From a virus, in the IMG/VR virus record IMGVR_UViG_3300045988_080781: a stretch of DNA of 64,000 nt. The stretch is one strand, 5' to 3'. The position numbers and the translations under genes were made by a program. Positions 46,101 through 55,300 of this stretch are shown one piece after another (the first letter of the stretch is position 1; every line of letters starts with the position of its first letter). The notes under the pieces were generated by a model. That model made no database searches, had not been told where the DNA came from, and worked only from the letters and a program-made list of their open reading frames with translations.

Positions 46101-46565
46101 ATTAGGATCTTTTTCATATATAGCAAATTCATTTCTAAAATCTTCTCTCCATTTTGCAATAGCAGCACTAGCAGTATTTTGATAATCACCTCCAGGATTT
46201 CCAGCAACAGCGTCAGCAATATTAACAAATCCTTCTAATGTACCAAGAACTATTTGATCACCAACTGTTTGAGCTAAACTATTAAATAATTGTTCACCAA
46301 AAGATTGATTATTTGCTCTTTGCCTATTAAGTTCTTCTTCTGTATCAATAGGATTAATAGGAACATTATATTCGCTATAAGACTCCCAATCTCCTTTAAA
46401 GGGAGAATTATTTACACCAGTTTCAGACATAAGAAAATCAGAAGTTTTATTCATCATTCCATAATCTTCAGCTAGTTTAGCGAATGGATTATATTTTGAA
46501 GCTCCGGCTGCATTAACAGCTGGAGCTTTATTTCCAGTAATTAATAAATCATCAAGTTTAGGCAT
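40146..46565 (-). CDS. very large (2139 aa) virion protein with an HExxH zinc-metallopeptidase-like motif near the C-terminus
   Basis: MIIHERVHQLIRT (HERVH encoded at 41064-41078); long low-complexity, coiled-coil-like middle; carries four motif copies. Confidence 0.55.
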   Translation of the reverse strand: MPKLDDLLITGNKAPAVNAAGASKYNPFAKLAEDYGMMNKTSDFLMSETGVNNSPFKGDWESYSEYNVPINPIDTEEELNRQRANNQSFGEQLFNSLAQTVGDQIVLGTLEGFVNIADAVAGNPGGDYQNTASAAIAKWREDFRNEFAIYEKDPNKSFAFRDWGWWFNNLPSVASSISLMIPSGMIAKGVGLLGKAITATKYANKIRNAVLATKLGNSVNFIKGVKAGKEAIGILGQAAISRVGENYMEARDTYNNVIINTESAFDNMTDAQFNEFIKNNPEFKGKDKKEIARILAGESADEVFKKDMGLMLFDAMQLKALKYLWRGNSQSSPLNAALREHQRKAISAITGKSYEPLKGYNKFIDFIKNRNYKIIATEATEGVEEMWQYVAQTKAIDDVKNKLDPSQKVRSHLDYLKDSEAWEAGFWGWLGGIAFQGLGDAVTYGYNKYQDNQEKKNNPNAGEFNMKRAQGVLDSYRAAEIDSRVAAFNTFNERMKLTNEGKDVNRPITNIDGELVRDENGDIMYEDLPEGGVEYAKESIRNEFLTNLTINAKNAGNYDSLVEFVKATELGQDADFTNKALADMEYISTMYDVELNNVMQNTTSPQIAKQIAVDNVTHRLTAERANREANKYTNTYNQTLSSIRETDNELANSTDLLARSVEDAYIEEEINTTEENINKLEESYKNGEINRTQYLETLRHYNTIKDALTKYRDKLTFTDSPRIAGTSEELFTQLLNINEQLALAKRSEVNAKELAAISRESVLVTKDKIKEKVNHVNAINEAFRKNEFESALKDIKDIIEAESIDNKDVIEYLNGRPNNLSDAVKEKLEKAIEKYDLFSYDNSRVNDFITATLRKESQTPSTTTNGINTDGVGIPTPPHPDDQLEEDPLEGGYNTDTDTDTSGSSSTGGQQGTTPVKEVDEVDGNAVVVSKPDESDLDLTEDERNYFRSEAEAGRSELDQENELAKERNKLIASNSIDYYKNPNFDYAAEKEKVRKELEKVSPSPILTDRVMNEYQNALIDYIFRDMTFEEAIQLPFIRDIYTRLDSAINFYANRLVNAIDNNIDTFIEAIINQYIETHNIVGSDQKRYVNIDSIMRDIISSGITDYNKLKNIYNKLINYFATNPKSKFKLVGGIPEPISDAKITSLIKDVNNALESNLNADSFITTPTNDKRVKIYSNKSLKPNQPLYLRIGYSGNSRSKGINGIEIYERDDKGRYVKIGFNSKGTRTSDGDGYIFNSKSFPYAIYKKNGTYESIFDELFNELFGYTITENGIINNPKSPEQIEFYNAILDLVTLRRLNPDTSINLNYINTNRFTKEEIDKDIAIVMNNDIVKKIFGNNPVNVESLINIIAPIINYNNISDNNFVRYNSYKNFLARQYSNLAFVDEVIDRINRESTNDNDAYVEVQVASSSFGEAIESDTPSYIDQAVVNYSNTVSGSKEIGNTELCCNYQKGKIKFANGTEYNLEGFQSEGSGVMVAISNGSNQPTYRPIFGDTLNFSNKNGLAYNIKEEVVNLLVSYQNGNISFDDLSNKLHDIIKYDSLVQGFVISKSGDRIIISNYKNVGNKLADITIYRRDKNGNDNTGISFFELGDKPENDTVTSSSKFPRKTLDEKISKILSNGKFNISRNYYLEGTDIKTNYVSHDANGEFKVTINGKTFSGKNYLDFIVKNKLGKIYLGKANINGINTNFMPTTSTGNQAANRNVQVMFTPKAGDNATTVVTAKVNSLFNRAEEEYKKQNRLTVKASSIIEQFAPHFSNIVNLKFGNNKLIRQDTEFELVLAKEDNEGINADASYDIKNNKFIIYRRAFETLVNNPNNIGERELVRMIIHERVHQLIRTNNTAVDINVIQNDTLVIAKLLYDKINNNTTELENYATNNNIDIIELKRRINIILNTYLNDNHTAFRENKDNDNIETNRACEEFIVEMLTRPELINLANNLTSDLEFDSNNKPKSIWQKFIELIGKIFFGKKYDVKDNSILNAQIRVLSNQLIVGSNNSEITDKTIPNTEISVSTPVREELANTKPETLVSDSNPKPTDITNSEPKTDNIETKEEPNPEPTTTEFIDDDFTFEDYSESSDFDSNDDITLDTNINFYNVDANVNHDGINRIGNLSNLQQAINPEQQAEFASSFDRGEVWMVC
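40517..40528 (+). repeat. dispersed GC-rich motif, variant copy
   Basis: cccttacagggg; translated STPVREE. Confidence 0.5.
41476..41485 (-). repeat. dispersed GC-rich motif, variant copy
   Basis: plus strand reads cccgtagaag; translated TSTGN. Confidence 0.5.
43814..43825 (+). repeat. dispersed GC-rich motif, variant copy
   Basis: cctttacagggg; translated TPVKE. Confidence 0.5.
43841..43852 (-). repeat. dispersed GC-rich motif, variant copy, 16 nt from the previous copy and in opposite orientation
   Basis: plus strand reads cccctgtagaag; translated SSSTGG. Confidence 0.5.
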
Positions 46566-46566
46566 A

Positions 46567-49164
46567 TTATTTTAAAGCTTTAGCATCTTCTTGAATAGAA
46601 CGAATAATACTATTAAATTTAAAATTAATATCAGATTCAGTTTTATCCGTACTTATAGTTTCTGCCATATTTCTAACAATAGAATTAAAATAAGCAAGAT
46701 TAGCAGCGCTCATATTTCCATCAGCATCAGTCATCATAGCATAATTATAAACAAGATCTTGATAAAGTTTATTTTTAGTATAAATATCTCTTGCTTCTTT
46801 ATATGTTAAAGTAGTAGGAAATAAATCAGTACCATCTTGATAAACAAAACTACCATCTCCCATATTAATTAATTGTCCATTATTAAATATATCAAATTGA
46901 GTAACGCCAGCATTAACACTATTATAAAAAGCAGTAGAATTTTTCATTTGAGGACTATTAAGAACTTTATATTTATATTCATTATTAGTAAGATTATCTA
47001 TAACCATAGTATAATCTGTCATATCTTTATCAACACCAGCAGCTCTTAATTCTCGTGCAACATCAGGAGTATTCCAATCATCATAACTAGGCATAACACG
47101 AATAACTTGTTTACCTGTATTTTTATCATAAGATAAACTTACTACACCTTTACCATTATTACGAATTTTTTGAGCAGCACTTAAAGCAGCTTTTTTAATA
47201 GTTGCAGATTCATCTGGATTAGCAGGAGCAGCAGGTGTTCCATTATAACTAATCATCATTTGTAAAAGATGACCTTGACCAGAATTAAAAACAGCATTAA
47301 CGGCAGACTCAGCCCATTTAGTTGCAGCATTAATTTCAGGATATTCTCCACTTTCTACTGCGTTTTGAGCCATAGTAACTATAAGATCTTTATTAGAAAC
47401 TAATTCAGTAGGAATAGGAACAGATTGTGATGATATAGCAAGTTTGTCAACTTCTTTGCTAAGATTATCATAAAAATTACCAATTCTATTTATAATATAA
47501 GGATATGAATCTCCATCAATAGTAGGTTCAAATTGTCCATATATAGGAATATATGACATTTTATATTTAGGTGAACTATTATTTTTAATAGCTTCACTAA
47601 CAATAGCTAAATTATTAGAATATTGTTTAGGAAGAACTATTTGAGGATTTCCATCTTGATCATATCTAACTTCAACTCCATATTCTTTATATCCATTAAG
47701 TAAACCATTAGTACTAAGAGCATTTAAAATATTAGTTAAATCTGTTTTATTATTAATAGGAATAACTAATTCATCATTAGTACCGTACGTTTCATTAATA
47801 AGATTAACATATTGTTTAGCATAATCATTACCATTATTAACAAGACTAGTTAAATCAACACCATTTTCAATAGCAGTAATTGCATCAATTTTATCTTTTT
47901 CTTTTTTATCAGTTATTCCGCTAGTTAATTGATTATATTGATTAAGACTTTCTGAATATTCATTATAAGCATCATAAACTTCTTTAGGAATAACTCCACC
48001 TTGAGATTTATATTTATTTATTATAGCTTGATAACTTCCTTGAACATTTGAAGGATCAAATTGAACACCAACAGAATTAGCAATATTATTTAATATATCA
48101 CTAGCAGCTTTATGTTTTGCTATAGCACCAGAAGCACTAGCATATTTATCAAGATAATAAACACCGGGAGTAGTCGCTCTACTCATTGCAAGAGCATCAT
48201 ATAAACTATCTCCACTTTTCTTTTTTGCTGTAAGTTTTGCTTTATATGCAGCAGCAGACATATCAGCTAAAGGAGAAACTTGACTATAATAATGCGAATA
48301 TGTAGCACTAGTAAAAAATGGATCAAAAGCTTTTTGTAAATATTGTTCTTTATTAAGTAATACTCCTTTACTATCAGTAACAGCATCAATTCCTCCTTTA
48401 TTATCTTTATTATGATAATACATATCAATTTTATAATCTTGATCAAGACTTGCTTGAGCGCCCGGAGTATTAGCAATAACAGTTTGTAATGCAGCTTGAA
48501 GTTTTTCTTTAGTTACTTTTTCATATTTACCAGCAATATTTAAATATGGCATTTTATCATAAGATTGACTAAAATCTGTAGTAAAATTACCATTAGCATC
48601 CATATAATAAATTTGATTACCACCTCCAGCATCTTTAGCAACAATTTGCAATGCTGCTTGCATTAATTTACTTCTATCAACAGAATCAACAAAATTATCA
48701 CTAGGTTTCCAATCAGTACCACCAATTACATTGCCGTTAGCATCTTTAATATCTTCATAATGATATTTATTAACTTCTCTATAATAATTACGTTGTTGTT
48801 CTGTAAGATTAGCTTGATCAAGTTTAGTATTCCATTCTTTAAAACTTTTTTGTGCCCTAAGTCTACCAATCATACCAGGATCAGACTCAATATCTCCAAT
48901 AGCCTTATTAACATCATCCATAGCAGTATAAGCGTTCCCATAAAGCATATTATTATTAAGAGCACTATCAACTTTTGCAATTTGTTGTTGTCTCCAAGCA
49001 TCTTCTTCAGGAGCTAAATCAAGCTGTGCTAGAACAGTTTTATACTTACTAGCAGCAGCTATTGTATTTTGGTGACCTTGTTCTAACTGATTATAACTTC
49101 TTTCAACAATTCCTAAATCAGCAGGAAGAGTTATAGGTCTATTAACTACTCGAAATCCAGCCAT
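46567..49164 (-). CDS. large virion-module protein (865 aa), function unknown
   Basis: Clean ORF tightly coupled to its neighbours. Confidence 0.55.
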   Translation of the reverse strand: MAGFRVVNRPITLPADLGIVERSYNQLEQGHQNTIAAASKYKTVLAQLDLAPEEDAWRQQQIAKVDSALNNNMLYGNAYTAMDDVNKAIGDIESDPGMIGRLRAQKSFKEWNTKLDQANLTEQQRNYYREVNKYHYEDIKDANGNVIGGTDWKPSDNFVDSVDRSKLMQAALQIVAKDAGGGNQIYYMDANGNFTTDFSQSYDKMPYLNIAGKYEKVTKEKLQAALQTVIANTPGAQASLDQDYKIDMYYHNKDNKGGIDAVTDSKGVLLNKEQYLQKAFDPFFTSATYSHYYSQVSPLADMSAAAYKAKLTAKKKSGDSLYDALAMSRATTPGVYYLDKYASASGAIAKHKAASDILNNIANSVGVQFDPSNVQGSYQAIINKYKSQGGVIPKEVYDAYNEYSESLNQYNQLTSGITDKKEKDKIDAITAIENGVDLTSLVNNGNDYAKQYVNLINETYGTNDELVIPINNKTDLTNILNALSTNGLLNGYKEYGVEVRYDQDGNPQIVLPKQYSNNLAIVSEAIKNNSSPKYKMSYIPIYGQFEPTIDGDSYPYIINRIGNFYDNLSKEVDKLAISSQSVPIPTELVSNKDLIVTMAQNAVESGEYPEINAATKWAESAVNAVFNSGQGHLLQMMISYNGTPAAPANPDESATIKKAALSAAQKIRNNGKGVVSLSYDKNTGKQVIRVMPSYDDWNTPDVARELRAAGVDKDMTDYTMVIDNLTNNEYKYKVLNSPQMKNSTAFYNSVNAGVTQFDIFNNGQLINMGDGSFVYQDGTDLFPTTLTYKEARDIYTKNKLYQDLVYNYAMMTDADGNMSAANLAYFNSIVRNMAETISTDKTESDINFKFNSIIRSIQEDAKALK

Positions 49165-49167
49165 AAT

Positions 49168-51540
49168 TTATTTAAGTTTAATACGTTTACCACATCTTGC
49201 CATAAATGTAATACCTTTTTGAGTATTTATATATCTACGTCTACGTGGATCGAATTGTACACCAGTATCTTCATATATTCTATCATCAACATTAGGATTA
49301 GCACCTTGAATATATCCAAGACTATTATTAAAGTTTCTACGTGCTTCTATACGAGCAATAACATCATTAACAGTTCCACTAATATTACCCATTAAATTAC
49401 CAAGATTATTTGCTTTAGCTTGATATTTAGCATTATTAATAGCAGCATCTTGAATAGACCATCTATTAAATCTATCTGCATTAAGACCATCAATATTAGA
49501 ATTAAGTTTACGTTCAGTATTAATACGTTCATCTTGAATATTAAATTTATTTTGCCAAGATTTATTCTTAGCCATAGTAGCATTATTTCTTGCATTAATT
49601 TTACGAGCTAATGCTGTACTTGAAGATGCAGTATTAGCATCTATATCACGAGAAATATTTTCAACATTACGATTAATTTCATCAATTTCAGCATTATTAT
49701 TATAATAAGTTTTAAGTTTAAGATGTGGTTGAAGTCTAAGATCAGGAGATTTAAATTTATTAAGATAAGCATTAGTACCAAAGAAATCACCAAGACCAGC
49801 AGCTAAATTAACACCAGCACCAATCCAATCTCCTAATGTAGGACCTTCATTAAATTTATCACGAACAGTACCTTTTAATGCAGCACGTTTTTGTGCTTCA
49901 GGAACAATTGTTTTACTAATAGGAGATAAATCTGGAACTTTACCTTCAATATCAAATTTATCAATTTTAGGTACACTAAAAGGAGTCATCTTTTCAAGAA
50001 CAACATCACCTTTATGATTTTCAGGAATAAAACCAGAATATCTATAAAAATCAAGTGCTTCAGGACCATAAATACCAAAAGGAGTACGAACATTTGTCAT
50101 TTGCCCCCAACTACCACCATTCTTGTCAGTAAAAGTTCCAAATTGATTATCACCACTATTACCTGAAGGAGTAATAGAATTATAAAGTTTTCTATTAGCA
50201 TCCCAAAAATAATTTTGAAATTCTTTTTGATATTCTCCTACACGAGGATCAACAATGGCTCTGTTAGAAGAAGGATCATAACCTAATTCTTCTCTAAGAT
50301 CAGCATGTTTTCTAGCCATTTCATTACCTTTTTCAAGATTATGAATAGCCATATCTCTAGCAGCATTATCTCCACCAACACTTTCTAACCATAATTGCCA
50401 AGGAGTTTTATTAGTTTTTACATCAGTAATAGTCTTTTTACCTCCAGGATTAAACTTCTCTCGTGTTTGTTTCCCCGTAGAGGATGTGATAGAAACATCA
50501 GTTCCAGCTTTAGCTTTTCTTCTACCACCACATTTTTGTTTAGGTCTAGGTGTATAAATAAGACCGTTTTTAACATTTCCATTTATTTGAATCATACCAC
50601 CATCAGATTTTTTAGAAGGATATACTTCATAATCTTGAACAAGTTGTCTTCTATATTTATGACCTTTAGGAGTAACTTTAAGTATAGCTTTTTTAAGAGC
50701 TTCAGCATCTCCTTTATTTATAGCTTCTGCTATTTCAGGAAATGCTTTTCTTATATTACCTTGCTGATAACGAGCTTGTGCAGCAAGAAATCTAGGTCCA
50801 TGACTAACAGTATCAGCAGAAGCTTTACCATAAATATCAGCATAATTAGACATAATAACTTCATCATCTTTACGAAGATGTGTTACAGCACTATCATTTA
50901 TGTCTTGAACAGGAATACCTTTTTTAGCTTTTTTAGAAAGTTCAGGATGACCAGATTTAAAATCAATACCAGGACCTATAGTTCTACTATCATAAGGATA
51001 AGCTATATTTCTTTTAATTCCTTTACGATCTGGATTTTCAAATTTATATAAATTACGAATAGCATAACCATAAGGTAATTGTCCAGTCTTTTTATTAATT
51101 ATTTTAGGTTCAACTATATTTATCTCTTTATTATCATTATCTTTTGTTAAATAATCATATGCTTTAGCAATATTAGGAAATAGTTTTCTAAGAGTTTCTT
51201 TAATACCAAGTTCTGCTTTAGTACCATCATCATTTATTTTATTTCTATCTTTAAAATTCTCTTGAACTTGAAAAACTTTATCTGGATTAGCGCCATTAAG
51301 AACAGCTTGAGCAGGACTTGTATTACCAGTTCCAATTCCTTTTTGAGCAGATAAAACTCTAAGTTCTTTAGGTTTCATCTGAATTATTTCTCCATCTTCA
51401 ACTTCAAGTCCTGTACGAGGATTTTTACCAATATCTATTCCACCTTGACTATGTTTTCTACCTTTCATATAATAAAGATTTCTACCAAGAGGAATAGCTA
51501 CGCCACCACGAACAACATTAGGAATTTTAGTTTTGCTCAT
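49168..51540 (-). CDS. large virion-module protein (790 aa), function unknown
   Basis: Clean ORF; contains a motif copy translated SSTGKQ. Confidence 0.55.
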   Translation of the reverse strand: MSKTKIPNVVRGGVAIPLGRNLYYMKGRKHSQGGIDIGKNPRTGLEVEDGEIIQMKPKELRVLSAQKGIGTGNTSPAQAVLNGANPDKVFQVQENFKDRNKINDDGTKAELGIKETLRKLFPNIAKAYDYLTKDNDNKEINIVEPKIINKKTGQLPYGYAIRNLYKFENPDRKGIKRNIAYPYDSRTIGPGIDFKSGHPELSKKAKKGIPVQDINDSAVTHLRKDDEVIMSNYADIYGKASADTVSHGPRFLAAQARYQQGNIRKAFPEIAEAINKGDAEALKKAILKVTPKGHKYRRQLVQDYEVYPSKKSDGGMIQINGNVKNGLIYTPRPKQKCGGRRKAKAGTDVSITSSTGKQTREKFNPGGKKTITDVKTNKTPWQLWLESVGGDNAARDMAIHNLEKGNEMARKHADLREELGYDPSSNRAIVDPRVGEYQKEFQNYFWDANRKLYNSITPSGNSGDNQFGTFTDKNGGSWGQMTNVRTPFGIYGPEALDFYRYSGFIPENHKGDVVLEKMTPFSVPKIDKFDIEGKVPDLSPISKTIVPEAQKRAALKGTVRDKFNEGPTLGDWIGAGVNLAAGLGDFFGTNAYLNKFKSPDLRLQPHLKLKTYYNNNAEIDEINRNVENISRDIDANTASSSTALARKINARNNATMAKNKSWQNKFNIQDERINTERKLNSNIDGLNADRFNRWSIQDAAINNAKYQAKANNLGNLMGNISGTVNDVIARIEARRNFNNSLGYIQGANPNVDDRIYEDTGVQFDPRRRRYINTQKGITFMARCGKRIKLK
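50473..50484 (-). repeat. dispersed GC-rich motif, exact copy
   Basis: plus strand reads ccccgtagagga. Confidence 0.8.
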
Positions 51541-51628
51541 ATTATATAATGTATGTTGAATGAATCTCAGCCCGTATAAGACATTATCTCATTCAGGCTG
51601 AACAATCCATCTATTTGATATTTTGAAT

Positions 51629-52399
51629 TTAACAGGAACGACGGCGAGTACCAAATTTGCCACGTTTCCGAGTTCCACACATAGCGGTTGGGCGTTGCAA
51701 AGCTCCATTCGGTAAAGCCATAGCATCAGTTGTAGCACCATTATTAGGAATATTATTAACATCTTTATTAGTATTAATATTACTTAAAGGTTGAGTTCTA
51801 ACATTAGGTTTATAAGTACTAAATTGTGCAGCAGGTTTTCCACCTATAAGAGACTGAGCTACCCCACCTAATAAACCACCAGCTAAACCACCTAAATCAC
51901 TACCTTGATTATTAAGGAAATTACTAAAATTAGATACTTTACTTCCAGTACTACTTACTTGTTTATTAAAAGCTTGAAGATCAGAATTAAGTTTATTAAT
52001 ATTCATAGGATTACCTTGATTCATAGTAGGAGCAGTTAATAATTCAGCACCACCATATTCTTTCTTTTTACCACCACAAGCTTTTTTAGCACGACCTCCA
52101 CAAGCTTTTTTACGTCCACCACAAGCCATTTTAACAGCTTTAGAATTATATCTACCGCCACATCTAGCAACAAACTTTTCTTCAAATTGTCCAGCAAGTT
52201 CAGCAGCAGCTTGAAGTTCTTCATCCATTCCTTGTTTACTTTGCATAACAGCATTGACATAATTTTGTTGCTGTTCTTTTTTAGCTTGTTTACGTTTTGC
52301 AATACCTCCAGCAATTCCTTTAATTAATCCAGTGCCTGCAGCAATAGCAGCACCTATAAATGCTTTAGGTCTTTCGTTACGATTTTTATATTTGTTCAT
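51629..52399 (-). CDS. basic Gly/Cys-rich protein with internal tandem repeats ACGG[RK]xKK (256 aa)
   Basis: Four repeats (ARCGGRY..., ACGGRKK, ACGGRAKK, ACGGKKK) encoded by tandem DNA repeats of about 24 bp near 52070-52160; Gly-rich C-terminal half. Confidence 0.5.
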   Translation of the reverse strand: MNKYKNRNERPKAFIGAAIAAGTGLIKGIAGGIAKRKQAKKEQQQNYVNAVMQSKQGMDEELQAAAELAGQFEEKFVARCGGRYNSKAVKMACGGRKKACGGRAKKACGGKKKEYGGAELLTAPTMNQGNPMNINKLNSDLQAFNKQVSSTGSKVSNFSNFLNNQGSDLGGLAGGLLGGVAQSLIGGKPAAQFSTYKPNVRTQPLSNINTNKDVNNIPNNGATTDAMALPNGALQRPTAMCGTRKRGKFGTRRRSC

Positions 52400-55300
52400 C
52401 TTACATTACGTTGTTTAGTTACAATACAATCAAGAGTTTCAAATTCAATTCGTTTATTATCTGCATTTTTAAATATAAAACGAACTACAATTTGATTACC
52501 ATAAATTCTTCTTAATCTATCACTTGGTTCACCTGAATGAGCAGGTATATTATTACGGAAATAATTAAAGTTCCAATTACCAAGTTCAAAATAAGGAAGT
52601 TTATATCTATTATAACGATTAACATCTCCTGTAGTATCAAGACTCATATCAAAACTATCACAATATTCATTAAATATACGAAGAATATCACCACTATATT
52701 TAGGAAGAAGTTTATTAGCATAACCAATATCAGTCCATACTTCTTCCTCTACGGGGGTGATTTCATTATCAGGAGAATCAGGCACAAGATACTTATCAAG
52801 TTTTTTAACTTTATATCTGATATATTCAAGAAATTTTATAGCTTCATATTGATCATTAAATATAACATCTATATAAGAATCATAATGACTATTACCATTA
52901 GCTACAGTATAAAATGTGCCATTACTTTTAGCTTTAGTAAGCATATTATTAAAACGTCCATAATTACTTTCATGATTATATTCATAAAGACTTTCACCTT
53001 GAATAAGTCTATTCATGTAAGTTCTAACTTTAGTATTATAAGCATATTTATAATTATAATCATGTAAACTTATAAATGTTTGAGTATCATTATGAAAACT
53101 TAAAGTATCAACTTTATTACCATATTCAGCACAAACTATAAGACGATTATTATATTTATCATTAGCAAAACGAACTTTATTTGGAAGAATTTTTTCAAAC
53201 CAAAGACGAACATCTTCATCTATATATTTAAGTTGTTTTTCATCAAATTTAAAGAATCTATGAAAATCATTATTATAAAATACATAACCAAACTCACCAA
53301 TAATACTTGCAAATCTATCTTGAATACCAGCAAATCCTTTATCAGAAGTATATACTTCAACATATTTAGTATCAAATGCATCTGGCATACTTAATCTAAC
53401 ATCTCGATCTTGAGTTTGAAGAGCAGCAGTTCTATCAAACATAAACATACTATGTTCAGTATGAGCAAGAAGATAAAGTCCAATACCTATAAGATTAACA
53501 ATTTTACCTTTATTTTCAGTAATAATTTTATAACCATTAGGTTGAAAAGTTCGCCAAGCATTTACATAAGATTCATCTTGAATAACATCACTACGACGAA
53601 TAGTTTTATCAAATTGAGTAATATTTCTAAGATTATCATCATAAGCCATTAATAATTTATCACTAACAGTTTCATCAGGAAAAACATATTTATACATATC
53701 AAGAGTTTGAATAGGCATAACAGGTCTACCCGGAAATAGAACATTAGGACCACCATGGAAATATAAAGAATCATTTGGAAGTTTAGCTATTCGTTTAGTA
53801 TCTTTCTCATCATCAAAACGTTCTTGATTATTAATATTAAGAATAAATAATTCTTGCTTAGGTCTATTATTAGCAACTTTACCTTCCATAAATCTATGCC
53901 AATAACAAATATGTTGAACAAGTCTTTGAGGACTTACAACATTATAAGAACCTTGATTTAAAGCATAATATCTACAACCATCAGTACCTTTAACAGTAGT
54001 CCATTGAGGATCCCATCTAGCACCAGTTCTTCTAAATACAAGAGTACTATTATATGTTATATGACCGGGATAAGAACCATAAGTATTAAGTTTTTGATCT
54101 TCTTCTTCATAATTAAAAAGTTTAATATTATTAATACGAATAAGCTCTTTATTAGGATTAGTATAAATATTATTATTTAAAGACCATATAGTAGCAATAG
54201 CATTACGTTGATAAGTTTGAGCATTAAATACATTTGGATTCTTCATTTTAACACGAGTTCCTTTACCAGCATTATTAGGAGCATCACCTATAAGTATTTC
54301 ATATTCATCTACAGGATATATAATTTCATCATAATTACCAATTGGAGTTACAGCCATAACTTCTGGAAGATTAAGACTTGCACGATATTCAGCAACTTTA
54401 TTTGTACCTTGATCTTGCCAAAAACCTCTATAATCAAATAAAGCCCATCTAAAACTAATAGCATTAAAATCAACTTTAATTTTATCAGAAGTATTTAAAT
54501 CATCACTATAAACATAAAGAGTTTTATTAGCATTTTCAGTTGCTTTAGGACCGCCTGTAGAGATATTATTATTACCATTATAATAATTAGCTCTACCGTT
54601 ATAATCTCCTAAGAATTTATCATCAAGATTATCAAGATCGTGATTAGTAGGATGATCATCAATATCTTCTGAAGCATCTGTTTCTGAAGCAAATCCTACA
54701 ACACGACTCATAGGTTCAGCTTTTTCATAGCTAAGATAATAACCTATATATCCACGATTTCTAAGTTCATTAATAAATAATTCATCATCAATTACACAAT
54801 CAATACCAAATACTAATGGAATAGGTCTTTCATTTCCTTGTGCAGTAAAACTATACATAGGAATACGATGAAATGTTTGACCTGAATTATTAGCATAATA
54901 GCCTAATATAATATTTTCAACATATTGTCCATCATCTTTAATATCAAGTTGAAGTCCATTATTACCTCCATTATTAATGAATTGATAAAGTTTATAATCT
55001 CTCCATTTAGAAGGATTATTATTATACATATCAAATATAACAGAAAGTTGTAGATCTGTAGGAATAGGATTAGTAGGAGTTCCGTTATTACCATTAAAGT
55101 AAGAACCTAAAGTAGTATTAAGATCAATATCATATTTCCATTTAGAATTAGAATTAGGAATATGAAATCCATTAGTACTATGACCAAATTTATCAACAAA
55201 ATGAATATAAAAAGAATAAACTTCTCCGGGAATAAGAGTATTATGCGCTAATCTACTTTCATAACTAAGTCCATAATCAAGCATAGGACTATATGCAGTC

